Below, piece after piece: positions 8,377 to 17,022 of a stretch of 32,455 bases of DNA. The translations under genes and the position numbers were made by a program. Source of the DNA: Terriglobia bacterium (GTDB taxonomy: Bacteria > Acidobacteriota > Terriglobia > UBA7540); the NCBI GenBank assembly GCA_020072655.1, contig JAIQGH010000013.1, forward strand, positions 1-32,455. The letters are read 5' to 3'. Below the pieces are notes generated by a model. The model did no database searches and was not told the DNA's origin. It saw only the letters and a list, made by a program, of their open reading frames with translations. Position 1 is the first letter of the stretch; each line of letters begins with the position of its first letter.

Positions 8377-9635
8377 TGCCCACCCTCTTCCAGATTGCTT
8401 ATAACGGCGCGATGGTCTTGTTGATGGGCCTGCTCCTTGGCCTGGAGCGTCAGCACTCGCAGAAGGCCGATGAGCCGCTCTTCGCCGGTTTCCGGACCTT
8501 CCCGGTCATCGCTCTGACGGGTTTCCTCTCGGGCCTGCTGGCCCGCGCGGGTTTCCCCTGGGTTTTGCCCGTGGCGCTCGCCGGCGTCAGCGCTGTCGCC
8601 GTCGCCGCCTACTTCGTCACCGCGCAGGGGAAGCACAAGGGCGCCACGACCGAACTCGCGGCCCTACTTACCTTCATCTTTGGGGCGCTTGCGGCCTTTG
8701 ACTATCTGATCCCTGCTGCCACCTTCGCGATTGTCACGACGCTGCTGCTTTCCATGAAGGCGCCGCTGCACCAGTTGGCGGAGAAGATTCAGGAAGGCGA
8801 GATTTACGCGATCCTCAAATTTGGGATCGTCAGCGTGATTGTGCTGCCGCTACTGCCCGACCGCGCCTACGGCCCATTCAATGTTCTGAACCCGCGCGTC
8901 GTGTGGTGGATGGTCGTGCTGATTTCCGCCGTCAGCATGCTGGGCTATGTGCTGATGCGGTTCCTCGGGGCGCGGCAAGGCATCGCCGTAACGGGGATCC
9001 TGGGTGGGCTCGTTTCGAGCACAGCGACGACCGTGGGGCTCTCGCAGAAGGCTCGGGAAGCCAGCTCCGCCGCCGCCCGGTATTTCGCGCTGGGGATCTT
9101 GATCGCGTCCACGATTATGTACATCCGTGTGCTGGTCTTGGTCGTGGTCGTCAATCCGGAGTTGGCCTACAAGTTGCTTCTGCCAATCACCCTGCCGACT
9201 GCTTTGGGGATCGGATTGGGAATCTTCCTCTTGCGGAAGAGGGAAGAGACAGCGGAAGCCCGCCTGGAAGTCAAGAACCCGATGGAATTGAGCCAGGCGT
9301 TGCAGTTCGCGGCGCTCTTCGCTGTGGTGTTGTTTGCAGCCACCGCCGCGCACTACTACTTCGGGTCCGCAGGGGCCTACGTGGCCAGCGGCGTCGCCGG
9401 TCTGACGGACGTCGATGCCGTCACCATTTCGATGGCGCGGCTGGCCCACGACGGCGTCCTGAGGCCGAGCACGGCCAACGCTTCCATCCTGCTGGCCTGC
9501 GCCTCCAACACGCTCGTCAAGGGCGGGATTGCCTTTCTGACCGGTGGGCCACCGCTACGCAGAGTCATCACTCCGATCTTTGCCGGGCTCTTTGGGCTCA
9601 CTATCGCGGTTTGTGTGGCGGTCGCCATGGGTTAG
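8376..9635 (+). CDS. MgtC/SapB-family membrane protein with DUF4010-type C-terminal domain
   Basis: N-terminal MgtC-like motif LLLGLERQ followed by about 10 TM helices (419 aa). Its start overlaps the previous stop (ATGA), indicating translational coupling with the CA-like gene. Confidence 0.65.
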   Translation: MPTLFQIAYNGAMVLLMGLLLGLERQHSQKADEPLFAGFRTFPVIALTGFLSGLLARAGFPWVLPVALAGVSAVAVAAYFVTAQGKHKGATTELAALLTFIFGALAAFDYLIPAATFAIVTTLLLSMKAPLHQLAEKIQEGEIYAILKFGIVSVIVLPLLPDRAYGPFNVLNPRVVWWMVVLISAVSMLGYVLMRFLGARQGIAVTGILGGLVSSTATTVGLSQKAREASSAAARYFALGILIASTIMYIRVLVLVVVVNPELAYKLLLPITLPTALGIGLGIFLLRKREETAEARLEVKNPMELSQALQFAALFAVVLFAATAAHYYFGSAGAYVASGVAGLTDVDAVTISMARLAHDGVLRPSTANASILLACASNTLVKGGIAFLTGGPPLRRVITPIFAGLFGLTIAVCVAVAMG

Positions 9636-9681
9636 GGCATATCCCGCCGGGCCTGGGGGACGTGGCCGCGTTCGCTCTTGC

Positions 9682-10299
9682 CTACTTGCAGCCGACCCAT
9701 TCAAAGAATTGAGGATGCTTGCGCCGGAGCTCTTCCGCGATGACTCCGTTGGTTGAACACCATAGTTGGAAGAACTCTTTCAAACGCTTGGCGTCGATTG
9801 CGTGCAGCGAGGTTTTCCTGGAAAGGGTCTGAATCTGTTCCTCGACGGCGGCCCGCTGGTTGAATATTTTGATCTCCTCCTCACGCAGCGGTCGCACGCC
9901 CTGGATACCGATCTCTTTGATTCCCTTGGAGAGTATCTCCAGCTCGGGGGCCCCGCGCGCCACATCGACCTTCACCTGTGCCCAGGGCGCTGCCACGAAT
10001 TGTCCATCCACAAGCCGTGCTGGGTTCGAGCCATACGCAAACGTGTAGTAATACACAACGCCCTTACCGTCCGGGGGCCAAGCGGCGGGAATTGCCGGGG
10101 CTATGGCATAGTCCCAACTCACGAATTCATTGAACGACCGTGGCGCTGGCAGTCCAGACTTGATGTTTGCCCAAGATACCTTGATGATTGACTCGACTTC
10201 TTGTCTGGGTGACTGAGGTTCCATGGCGGCCTCCGGAAGCGGCGTTGTGAGCCACACTGCAAGCACAACGAGACCGCAGACAGCATATCCCCGTTTCAT
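9682..10299 (-). CDS. secreted hypothetical protein
   Basis: The ORF extends to 10350, but the internal Met (MKRGYAVCGLVVLAVWLTTPLPEAA) gives a classic signal peptide. No recognisable domain. Confidence 0.45.
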   Translation of the reverse strand: MKRGYAVCGLVVLAVWLTTPLPEAAMEPQSPRQEVESIIKVSWANIKSGLPAPRSFNEFVSWDYAIAPAIPAAWPPDGKGVVYYYTFAYGSNPARLVDGQFVAAPWAQVKVDVARGAPELEILSKGIKEIGIQGVRPLREEEIKIFNQRAAVEEQIQTLSRKTSLHAIDAKRLKEFFQLWCSTNGVIAEELRRKHPQFFEWVGCK

Positions 10300-10624
10300 C
10301 GTCGTTTGTTTCTGAGGACCATCCAGCAGTCGGCAAGCAACCACTGACAACGAACTCCTCGCGCCCCGCCGCTGACTACTTCTTCCCCATTGTAATCCCT
10401 GGCTAGGCGTCCGTGCGGACAGGAACTGCCGCTAGACCGGGCTCATTGCACAGACTGCACTCAGGATTATCAGCCCAAGCGTGGCGTACGGCAACAGACT
10501 TCGGCGCCTTCGCAGTTCGTCGCAATTTACCGGTGGATGTGGCACCAAGCGGCACAGCAAAATTCTTGAATGGAACACAGGGGATGCCCTTTCCTTCCGA
10601 AGGCGGAACGACGTGCTAGGGGGA

Positions 10625-10672
10625 TGGAGCCGGCGAAGGGAATCGAACCCCCGACCTACGGTTTACGAAACC
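10625..10672. repeat. left attachment-site direct repeat: 48-bp copy of the 3' part of tRNA-Thr
   Basis: tggagccggcgaagggaatcgaacccccgacctacggtttacgaaacc is identical to 25298-25345, which lies inside the intact tRNA at the other end of the element. The sequences diverge immediately beyond the repeat. Confidence 0.85.
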
Positions 10673-10807
10673 AAATCTCGCCACTGATTCTAAAGAAGAT
10701 CAACAACTTACCTCGGTAAAACGCGAACAAATCCGGCAAAACCCGCAACCCCCGCGCAACCAGACTCCAACCAATTCAACGCTCGACCGAGGGATGAAGG
10801 GTGCGAA

Positions 10808-11083
10808 ATGACCTGCGCTTATTTGAAATGCGGGCAGGTATTCGAGCCTCGAAAGGCAGGGCAGAAATACCACACTTCAACGTGCAGGGAGAAGGCTCGA
10901 AACGAGCGGTATCCAGTCGTGCGGCTTGCGGCCCCGAAGGATGCTGTACGACCCTGTGTAACCACGGCAGGACGCCTCGTAGGCGAACGATTGAGCAGGG
11001 ATTCGTGTCTAGCATCGAGAATTTTCCGAGAGGCCGCAGAATGGCTAAGAATCCAGGGAATGGTGAACGGGTGTCGATGCTAG
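10808..11083 (+). CDS. small Zn-ribbon-like hypothetical protein
   Basis: 91 aa with a C-x4-C ... H-x3-C arrangement (CAYLKCGQ...YHTSTCREKA). First gene inside the element. Confidence 0.35.
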   Translation: MTCAYLKCGQVFEPRKAGQKYHTSTCREKARNERYPVVRLAAPKDAVRPCVTTAGRLVGERLSRDSCLASRIFREAAEWLRIQGMVNGCRC

Positions 11084-11187
11084 CGGCAGGAGGCTAATTG
11101 TGGAATCTAGCGGGCTTCAGAAGTCCTTTCCGCTGGACAGGCAAGCACGCAGATGTTATAGCGGGACTGTTAGGAGACGATGGAGCG

Positions 11188-11601
11188 ATGGCAGACGTTG
11201 AAACACTCACCAAAGACGAGTTGAAGGCGAGGATGGGCACAGACCGCCGCTGGACGCTGAGAGTCCTCGACCCTTCAGAGAGGCATCTCGCCAAAGACCC
11301 TGGAAATGTCCCCTGGCCGGAAGACTGCCTGATTGTGGCTGCCTTTGACGACCAAGACGTTCTGGTCGGAAGAATGGCGCTGATTGCTATAGCACACATC
11401 GAAGGAACCTGGGTAGCTCCTGAATATCGCGGTACGACGTTGCCTTTGAGGATGATTCAGCGCATGGAGTCTGAAATTCGGAAACTCGGTAGGACACACG
11501 TTTTCGCCTACATTCCCAAGGAAGACACGAAACTTTTGGAATACGCGGAGAAGATCGGGTACCAAGAGTTTCCGTGCAAGGTGTACGTGAAGGAGCTTTA
11601 A
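11188..11601 (+). CDS. GNAT-family N-acetyltransferase
   Basis: Acetyl-CoA binding motif A-like segment (WVAPEYRGTTLPLRMIQRMESEIRKLG). Start chosen at the ATG with an AGGAGA RBS 9 nt upstream. The ORF opens at 11098. Confidence 0.5.
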   Translation: MADVETLTKDELKARMGTDRRWTLRVLDPSERHLAKDPGNVPWPEDCLIVAAFDDQDVLVGRMALIAIAHIEGTWVAPEYRGTTLPLRMIQRMESEIRKLGRTHVFAYIPKEDTKLLEYAEKIGYQEFPCKVYVKEL

Positions 11602-11602
11602 C

Positions 11603-12322
11603 ATGCCAATTGTAGCGGCGATACCAGCAATTATTGGGGCGGGTGGGGCCATCGCAGGGGGTCTACTCTCCCGAGGGGGAGGCGGCAGCAAGGCAACCGA
11701 AGCTGGCCTCACGGCTGAATCTGAACTCGCCAAGACGGAAACCGAAGCGCAGAAGTTCGGCACCGAAGCCGCCAAGGGCTTGCTTCCCCAAGCAGAGGGC
11801 GCTCTGGGGAAAGCAGGCCAATACTACTCGGGGCTGTTGGGTGGAGACCGCCAGAAAATGCTTGAAGCTGTGGGGCCAGAGGTCAACACGATTCTGTCTC
11901 AATACGACACTGCAAAGCGGGCGGCAAGCGAGTTCACACCTCGGGGCGGGGGCAGGACGGCAGAATTGGCAGAGCTTCCCTTCAAGTACTCCGGGGAAAT
12001 AACATCGCTTCTGCAAGGTGTTCGTCCTAAAGCGGCAGCAGGCATGGAAAGGCTAGGCGCTGAGTACGGTAGCCTAGCGAGCAGCTTGCTCGCAAGGGAT
12101 ACGGGAGCGGGCAACGCCTTGCTGAATTACGCTCTCGGTTTGCGAGGTCAGAACATCGACGTAGGAACGCAGATTGGCGGCTCGCTGGGAGCACTAATCT
12201 ACCAACTGCTTAACAAAACTGGGTCTGCCTCTAGCTCTGGTTCCCCGCTAACGGCAACTGAGGCTGCAATTCTAGCAGGAGAGAGCGGAATACCAGCGGG
12301 CGGAGCCGACATTAACATATAG
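11603..12322 (+). CDS. Gly/Ala-rich hypothetical protein with N-terminal glycine-zipper-like hydrophobic segment
   Basis: 239 aa with N-terminus IVAAIPAIIGAGGAIAGGLL. Its start is 1 nt after the GNAT stop, so it is likely co-translated. No recognisable domain. Confidence 0.45.
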   Translation: MPIVAAIPAIIGAGGAIAGGLLSRGGGGSKATEAGLTAESELAKTETEAQKFGTEAAKGLLPQAEGALGKAGQYYSGLLGGDRQKMLEAVGPEVNTILSQYDTAKRAASEFTPRGGGRTAELAELPFKYSGEITSLLQGVRPKAAAGMERLGAEYGSLASSLLARDTGAGNALLNYALGLRGQNIDVGTQIGGSLGALIYQLLNKTGSASSSGSPLTATEAAILAGESGIPAGGADINI

Positions 12323-12329
12323 GTGAATT

Positions 12330-12431
12330 ATGGGTGGCGCAGGAATGATGGCAGGACTCTTGGGCGGCTACACGAGTTCAATGCTGGTTGACCAAGAGAG
12401 GAAAATTAAGCAGCGTAAGGTGGCGGCCTGA
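12330..12431 (+). CDS. possible 33-aa Gly-rich peptide
   Basis: MGGAGMMAGLLGGYTSSMLVDQERKIKQRKVAA, located 7 nt after the previous stop. Too short to call confidently. Confidence 0.2.
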   Translation: MGGAGMMAGLLGGYTSSMLVDQERKIKQRKVAA

Positions 12432-12727
12432 AAGGTTCTCTCCCCCACCGCGTTAAGTCTCGCTAACCTGTTTGCTCTCAACAGAACTTGTTGCGAGCGA
12501 CAGGAGAGTGTGAGTTTATCAGACGTGCTATTTGCCAAGCGACAGATGGGAAAGGGCTTAGTCTCATTTTACAAAGTTCACATAACTTTTATTATCAGAC
12601 ACAGCCCTTATAAACCCTGTGTTATCAATCACGGATGTTTTATGGAGAGCGATTTGACGCACAGTTATCGGAGGTCGCTGTCTGTGTCCCTGGACCGCAA
12701 CCCCTTCCCGTCCTGCGCTACCTAATC

Positions 12728-12756
12728 TGCTAGCATTTTGTCAAATTATGCTAGCA
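12728..12756. promoter_or_regulatory. perfect 9-bp inverted repeat, candidate operator or terminator
   Basis: tgctagcat-(11 nt)-atgctagca, sitting in an AT-rich segment just beyond the 3' end of the XRE repressor gene. Confidence 0.4.
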
Positions 12757-12786
12757 AATCAACCGATTTCCCTGACCGTCTCGTTT

Positions 12787-13062
12787 TCAATGGGAAGTTG
12801 TCGCCGGATGTCGGGAGTACAGATCGCGGATGTCTCCGACCTTCAGGAAATGGCGAAGTCGAGGTATTCTCGTCCCCATTTCCCACCTTACGACGGCCAT
12901 CGGCCTGACGCCAACCAGTCTCGCAAACTTCGGGATACTGAAGTTCAGGCCGCGACGTAACTGGCGAAGCTCATCTCCAACCTGCTCGCGGTAATGCCAA
13001 TTTCCTCTGACTTCCTCGTAGAGGGCGTTCAGTTCAGTAGACTGCGGGGTGCCGGGTTCCAT
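12787..13062 (-). CDS. XRE-family helix-turn-helix repressor (cI-like)
   Basis: 91 aa with an HTH segment (NFSIPKFARLVGVRPMAVVRWEMG). Transcribed divergently from the rightward RHH gene, with a 415-bp AT-rich intergenic region between them containing an A-rich tract (13131-13170). Confidence 0.65.
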   Translation of the reverse strand: MEPGTPQSTELNALYEEVRGNWHYREQVGDELRQLRRGLNFSIPKFARLVGVRPMAVVRWEMGTRIPRLRHFLKVGDIRDLYSRHPATTSH

Positions 13063-13442
13063 GCCGACACCTTAGCAGGCTTCCCTCCCACGGCGCAACT
13101 GGGGGTGGCCAGTCTGGATGCAAGAAAAATTCAAAAGGCAAAAATAAAAACAAAAAAATCAATCTGGAATTCTAGCGCATACATACAACCGTCAAGCACC
13201 CCTCGGACAACTCCGGCGAGAGGCAAGAGAGGCAGCCAGCTTGCCGCTCTAGGACGGGGCAAGGTTGCAGGGTTCGCGTCGGGAGTAGGGCGGGGTGAAT
13301 CGTCAACAATGATTCTGTCAAGCTACTATCCAAGGATGTCCAAAAGGCAGACCCGGCCCGTAGAACCCGCGCCGTAACTCATCGAAGGCTTTTGTTCCTC
13401 GGCACCTGAAATATTTTTCTGTTTGGCAATCAAAAAGTGTTA

Positions 13443-13471
13443 TTGACATACGTTGGCATACGCGCTAAGCT
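13443..13471 (+). promoter_or_regulatory. sigma70-like promoter for RHH gene (leaderless transcript predicted)
   Basis: TTGACA (13443-13448), 17-nt spacer, TAAGCT (13466-13471). The ATG at 13478 lies about 7 nt downstream, so the predicted TSS is at or next to the start codon. Confidence 0.45.
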
Positions 13472-13477
13472 GACACC

Positions 13478-13612
13478 ATGAAGAAGCGAACCACGGTTTG
13501 GTTGCCTCAAGAGCTAATCGAGCGACTCAAGAAGCTATCGGCTAAAACGGGCGCACCGATGGCAGAGTTGTTTCGACGCGCTGTTGAGGCATACCTGAAA
13601 CGGAAGGCTTGA
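13478..13612 (+). CDS. ribbon-helix-helix (CopG/Arc-like) DNA-binding protein, cro-like
   Basis: 44 aa, MKKRTTVWLPQELIERLKKLSAKTGAPMAELFRRAVEAYLKRKA, a classic RHH beta-strand plus two helices. Absent from the ORF track because it is shorter than 60 aa. Confidence 0.6.
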   Translation: MKKRTTVWLPQELIERLKKLSAKTGAPMAELFRRAVEAYLKRKA

Positions 13613-13685
13613 AACAAGTCGCGCCGTGAAGGTGCTAGAACACCGAACACGGCGCTGACCAGATCAACCTAGCAAGGAGGCTGAA

Positions 13686-14045
13686 ATGGCTAGCAAGAAT
13701 CTACTGCAAATTCCCTGCGCAAGAAAGTCCCGCCAGCAACTCGCAATTCCCGTCCCGGTCATCTCGCAGCATGAGTTGAGCGCAATCTGTCACCTGCGCG
13801 CCATCCTGAAAAGCGAATGTGAACTGATTAAGTTGGGAGACTCAGGCGAAGGCGTGTTTGCAGAATACATGCCAGGTCAGGCGCAGGAGTTACAGGACCG
13901 CGAAGATGAAGTTACAACCCTAGTGACCGCTGGCGCAGCGATTCAGCCCGGCGAATACACCGTTGAGCTGATTCCCGACAAGGAATCCCCCACCGGGACT
14001 CGCCTGCAAATCACGCTTCATCGTTCCGCTACGGTCGTGTACTGA
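13686..14045 (+). CDS. hypothetical protein
   Basis: 119 aa with an AGGAGG RBS 7 nt upstream. No recognisable domain. Confidence 0.45.
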   Translation: MASKNLLQIPCARKSRQQLAIPVPVISQHELSAICHLRAILKSECELIKLGDSGEGVFAEYMPGQAQELQDREDEVTTLVTAGAAIQPGEYTVELIPDKESPTGTRLQITLHRSATVVY

Positions 14046-14113
14046 GCGCGAATGGCGGGGTCGTGTCGGGCCTCGCCGTCCGCCCGCGAATCTCTCCAAA
14101 GGCGAGGTGAACC

Positions 14114-14449
14114 GTGACAAACCACGAAATACAGCAAGAAGCCTTAACCCGCGCAGCGAGCGGCATCACGATGTCGAACTACCCGGCGATTTACGCCGGA
14201 TTCGTTAACAAGGGCATCCCCGAGGAAGAGGTCCGCCCGCGCGAGAACGTGTTTACTTACCAAGCCTGGAAAGCCCTGGGACGCCAAGTCCGCAAAGGCG
14301 AGCACGGCATCAAGGTTGCGACGGTTCGCACGTTCCACAAAAAAGTTACTGATCCCGCAACTGGGGAAGAGAAAGAAGAAAGTTACGGCGTTCCCTGGAC
14401 TGCAACCGTGTTCCACGTCTCGCAGACTGAGCCGATCAAGGCAAACTAG
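14114..14449 (+). CDS. ArdC N-terminal-like (DUF1738) ssDNA-binding domain protein
   Basis: The segment FTYQAWKALGRQVRKGEHGIKVA matches the conserved W..F.QA..LG..VRKGEKG core of the ArdC/TraC N-terminal ssDNA-binding domain. GTG start. Confidence 0.45.
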   Translation: MTNHEIQQEALTRAASGITMSNYPAIYAGFVNKGIPEEEVRPRENVFTYQAWKALGRQVRKGEHGIKVATVRTFHKKVTDPATGEEKEESYGVPWTATVFHVSQTEPIKAN

Positions 14450-14524
14450 GCTTTGCCTGCTGCCCTTGCCACTGGCGAGCAAGGGTAGAAGAGAAAGCCT
14501 GACGTAGAGTGAGGAGTGATACCG

Positions 14525-15391
14525 ATGGACGCCACAAACCTTTTTCCCACCGAAAAGCAAGCCGACTTGAGTTTTCCCATGTCCCTTGTCGAGAAGTATC
14601 GCCCGAAGCGCATCGCGGATTTCATCGGCCTTGAGACACCGAAAGCCGTACTCACAACGCTGTTGAGCAAGCCGCGAGCCTGCAATCTGCTTTTCATCGG
14701 GCCTCCAGGCAGCGGCAAAACCACAATGGCTCTAGCGTTCGCTTCGGAATTGCGGGCGGGTCTCATTCACCTTGCCAGTCAAAAGCTGACAGTAGATGCC
14801 GTAGCGGAGACTTGGGAGCGCGTCCACTATTACCCCGAGAGTGGGGATTACTGGGTTGTGTTGGCTGACGAGGCGTCCGATATGAGCCACCAAGCCCAAA
14901 TTGCGCTACTCAGTAAGATGGACTCAGCCGCGACGCTCAAGCCTGCTTTTGGTGGCGGGTTTGTACAGGGAAAGCCGCTTCCGGTTGTGATGATCTTCAC
15001 CTGTAATGGTTCCGGGCTGTACGGTACGGAGTTGCCTGATTCATTCGAGAAAAAATTCCTATCACGCTGTCTCAAGGTGGAGTTTGACACCCACAACCTT
15101 GACGGACAGCTTACCGACTACTTGCGGGTGATATGGGATCAAGAAGCGGACTTTGAGGGTAGGCCAAACCTTGAGGCGATAGCGGAGCGTGCGGGCGGGT
15201 CTGTCAGAGACGCCTTGCAGGAATTGGAACTGGCCTTGCTCTTGGGGACCGTCGAAGTGCCGAAGCCGCGAGAGCCGAAACCCCCAGAGCCGCAAGCTTT
15301 GCGGCTTGAGCCGTTAAAGCCTTCACGCGGCATGTCGCTGCCTGAATTGCTTCGTGTGGATGAAGAAAACTTTTGGAAAGCAAGAAGCTAA
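14525..15391 (+). CDS. clamp-loader-like AAA+ ATPase (DnaX/RFC small-subunit family)
   Basis: EKYRPKRIADFIGLE (clamp-loader KYRP box), Walker A GPPGSGKTT, Walker B VLADEA, and the SRC motif (FLSRCLKVEF). Start chosen at the ATG with GAGGAG 8 nt upstream; the ORF opens with GTG at 14516. Confidence 0.6.
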   Translation: MDATNLFPTEKQADLSFPMSLVEKYRPKRIADFIGLETPKAVLTTLLSKPRACNLLFIGPPGSGKTTMALAFASELRAGLIHLASQKLTVDAVAETWERVHYYPESGDYWVVLADEASDMSHQAQIALLSKMDSAATLKPAFGGGFVQGKPLPVVMIFTCNGSGLYGTELPDSFEKKFLSRCLKVEFDTHNLDGQLTDYLRVIWDQEADFEGRPNLEAIAERAGGSVRDALQELELALLLGTVEVPKPREPKPPEPQALRLEPLKPSRGMSLPELLRVDEENFWKARS

Positions 15392-15430
15392 TTCGCACGC
15401 TGAAAAATCGGGCTAGAAGGAAGGTGAACC

Positions 15431-16048
15431 ATGAGAGCAGCCACACTCCAGAACGCAAGAGCGAGCAACGGCCACATGAGCTATCTAGCACCCGAAGAGT
15501 TGCTGGCCGTGCTCAAAGCGGCCCGCGCTCGCTCGGTGCGGGATTGGGCCATGATCCTCTTGGCCTACCGTCACGGAATGCGCGCCTCAGAGGTCTGCGG
15601 CCTCAAGCTCGCCGAAGCGGACCTGAAATCCGAGTCAGTCTCGATTCGCCGGTTGAAGGGTTCTCTCCATACCGTGCAGCCGCTCTACAGGCATAAGGGC
15701 CAGCCGCTCCTCGATGAAGCGAACGCGCTCCGGGCTTGGCTGCGGACGCGCAACGGCGACGGCTCTGATTTCCTGTTTACCTCGCAGAAAGGCGGGCGGC
15801 TCCATCGCTCGCAATTCTTCCGCCTCTTCCAAGCGTGTTCTGCGGCTGCTGGCCTCCCGCCAGAGAAGCGCCACCCGCACGCGCTCAAGCACTCGCTGGC
15901 CTCGCATCTCGTGGCGGGAAATGTTAACCTCGCCCTCGTGAAGCAGTGCCTCGGGCACAAGGCGATTGGAAGCACCATGAAGTATGTGGCGGTGTCAGAC
16001 CGGCAAGCATCCCAAGCCGCGCAGTCGGCTTTGATGGCCATCTACTGA
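15431..16048 (+). CDS. small tyrosine recombinase (catalytic domain only)
   Basis: 205 aa with catalytic-domain motifs RASEVCGLK, HALKHSLASHLV (HxxR box) and GSTMKYV (Tyr nucleophile region). Lacks the N-terminal arm/core-binding domains. Confidence 0.55.
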   Translation: MRAATLQNARASNGHMSYLAPEELLAVLKAARARSVRDWAMILLAYRHGMRASEVCGLKLAEADLKSESVSIRRLKGSLHTVQPLYRHKGQPLLDEANALRAWLRTRNGDGSDFLFTSQKGGRLHRSQFFRLFQACSAAAGLPPEKRHPHALKHSLASHLVAGNVNLALVKQCLGHKAIGSTMKYVAVSDRQASQAAQSALMAIY

Positions 16049-16137
16049 GACGCAACGGTAGTGGGGCCTTTTGGCATGAAGTCAAGATAGAATACGCTGA
16101 CAGACGACGCTTCTCGAGGACACTGGAGGGGATGCCA

Positions 16138-16710
16138 ATGAAAGCGCGCTGGGTTTCTCGTCTTCCCACGCCGGAACTCCCCATCGTGGCTCAAGCGACC
16201 ATTGCTAAGTGGTGGCCAGGGAATTATTACTGGGTTTCCACCTTTGAGATGGATCGGGCTAGTCCTTTGAGGAAACTCACTCGGAGCTTGACAACTGGAA
16301 CGTATTCCGATGAACCGCTACCGCAGGAATTTGTGACCCAGGTTTTTAGGTGCGATAGGCACGGATTCGTCAAGTCCTTCGATGATCCCATTCATCAGAA
16401 AACGTACAAGGACTTGGAGGGCGCGAAGCTTGGGCACGAGGAGACTGTGCGATTAGTTGAACTAGGACTGATCAGGGAGCTGAAGTGGACACGGTGGGTT
16501 GCTCCGGGCGGAGCGGGTTACGGCGTAGTTACGCTGCTAGGGTTCGCCGCATCGCTTTTCGTAGCAGGTTGCGCGATATATTTCGTCCGACCTTGGTGGG
16601 CGGCATTACTTGCCGCGATTATCACATGGTATGCCGCGCAGGTCATCATGCCCATTCTCTGGGCAATTGTCAGGCGAGTTATCGAGGTACGTGAGGGAAT
16701 AAGATGGTAG
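16138..16710 (+). CDS. hypothetical protein with C-terminal TM helices
   Basis: Start chosen at the ATG with GGAGGG 7 nt upstream. Two C-terminal hydrophobic helices. No domain recognised. Confidence 0.4.
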   Translation: MKARWVSRLPTPELPIVAQATIAKWWPGNYYWVSTFEMDRASPLRKLTRSLTTGTYSDEPLPQEFVTQVFRCDRHGFVKSFDDPIHQKTYKDLEGAKLGHEETVRLVELGLIRELKWTRWVAPGGAGYGVVTLLGFAASLFVAGCAIYFVRPWWAALLAAIITWYAAQVIMPILWAIVRRVIEVREGIRW

Positions 16711-16739
16711 TGTTCTAAGCTAAAAGACCCCACCACCGG

Positions 16740-16770
16740 TGCAACAGAATACTCGTTCTGTTGCATTCCC
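16740..16770 (+). terminator. candidate intrinsic terminator
   Basis: Perfect hairpin tgcaacagaa-tactcg-ttctgttgca followed by ttcc. Located 30 nt after the stop at 16710. Confidence 0.45.
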
Positions 16771-16982
16771 ACCTTGCCCAATCCCGTATCCAAAGGACTT
16801 GCTCCCCCAAAAAGCATCCGGCAGCCAGGACATAATGTTGCGTTTTGGGGGCGACTTGGTACGCTCACCCTAAGACACGTCATCCCGAACTGGCACGGGG
16901 GGCGGGCGGCAGCGGGGCCTGGTGACCCGATACAGGGACGGAATGCCCGAACACTAAATTCAACAAATTCTTGAATCGCCTC

Positions 16983-17011
16983 TTGAAAACGTGCATCAAA
17001 TCAGTTAGAGT
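16983..17011 (+). promoter_or_regulatory. sigma70-like promoter upstream of HTH-peptidase gene
   Basis: TTGAAA, 17-nt spacer, TAGAGT, then an AGGAAAC RBS before the ATG at 17023. Confidence 0.35.
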
Positions 17012-17022
17012 AGGAAACCTCT

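Noticed and set aside
8903-9712. 269-aa plus-strand ORF overlapping the MgtC/DUF4010 gene in another frame, and 199-aa minus-strand ORF
   Set aside because: Arg/Gly-rich artefacts. The membrane-protein frame has coherent TM periodicity.
10413-10687. Two 68-aa ORFs spanning the left att repeat
   Set aside because: They cover the tRNA-fragment/att site and have no start context. The region is better explained as the att duplication.
12994-13377. 127-aa plus-strand ORF across the repressor/RHH intergenic region
   Set aside because: Overlaps the XRE repressor antisense and runs through the A-rich tract (lysine run from aaaaa codons). Likely non-coding switch region.
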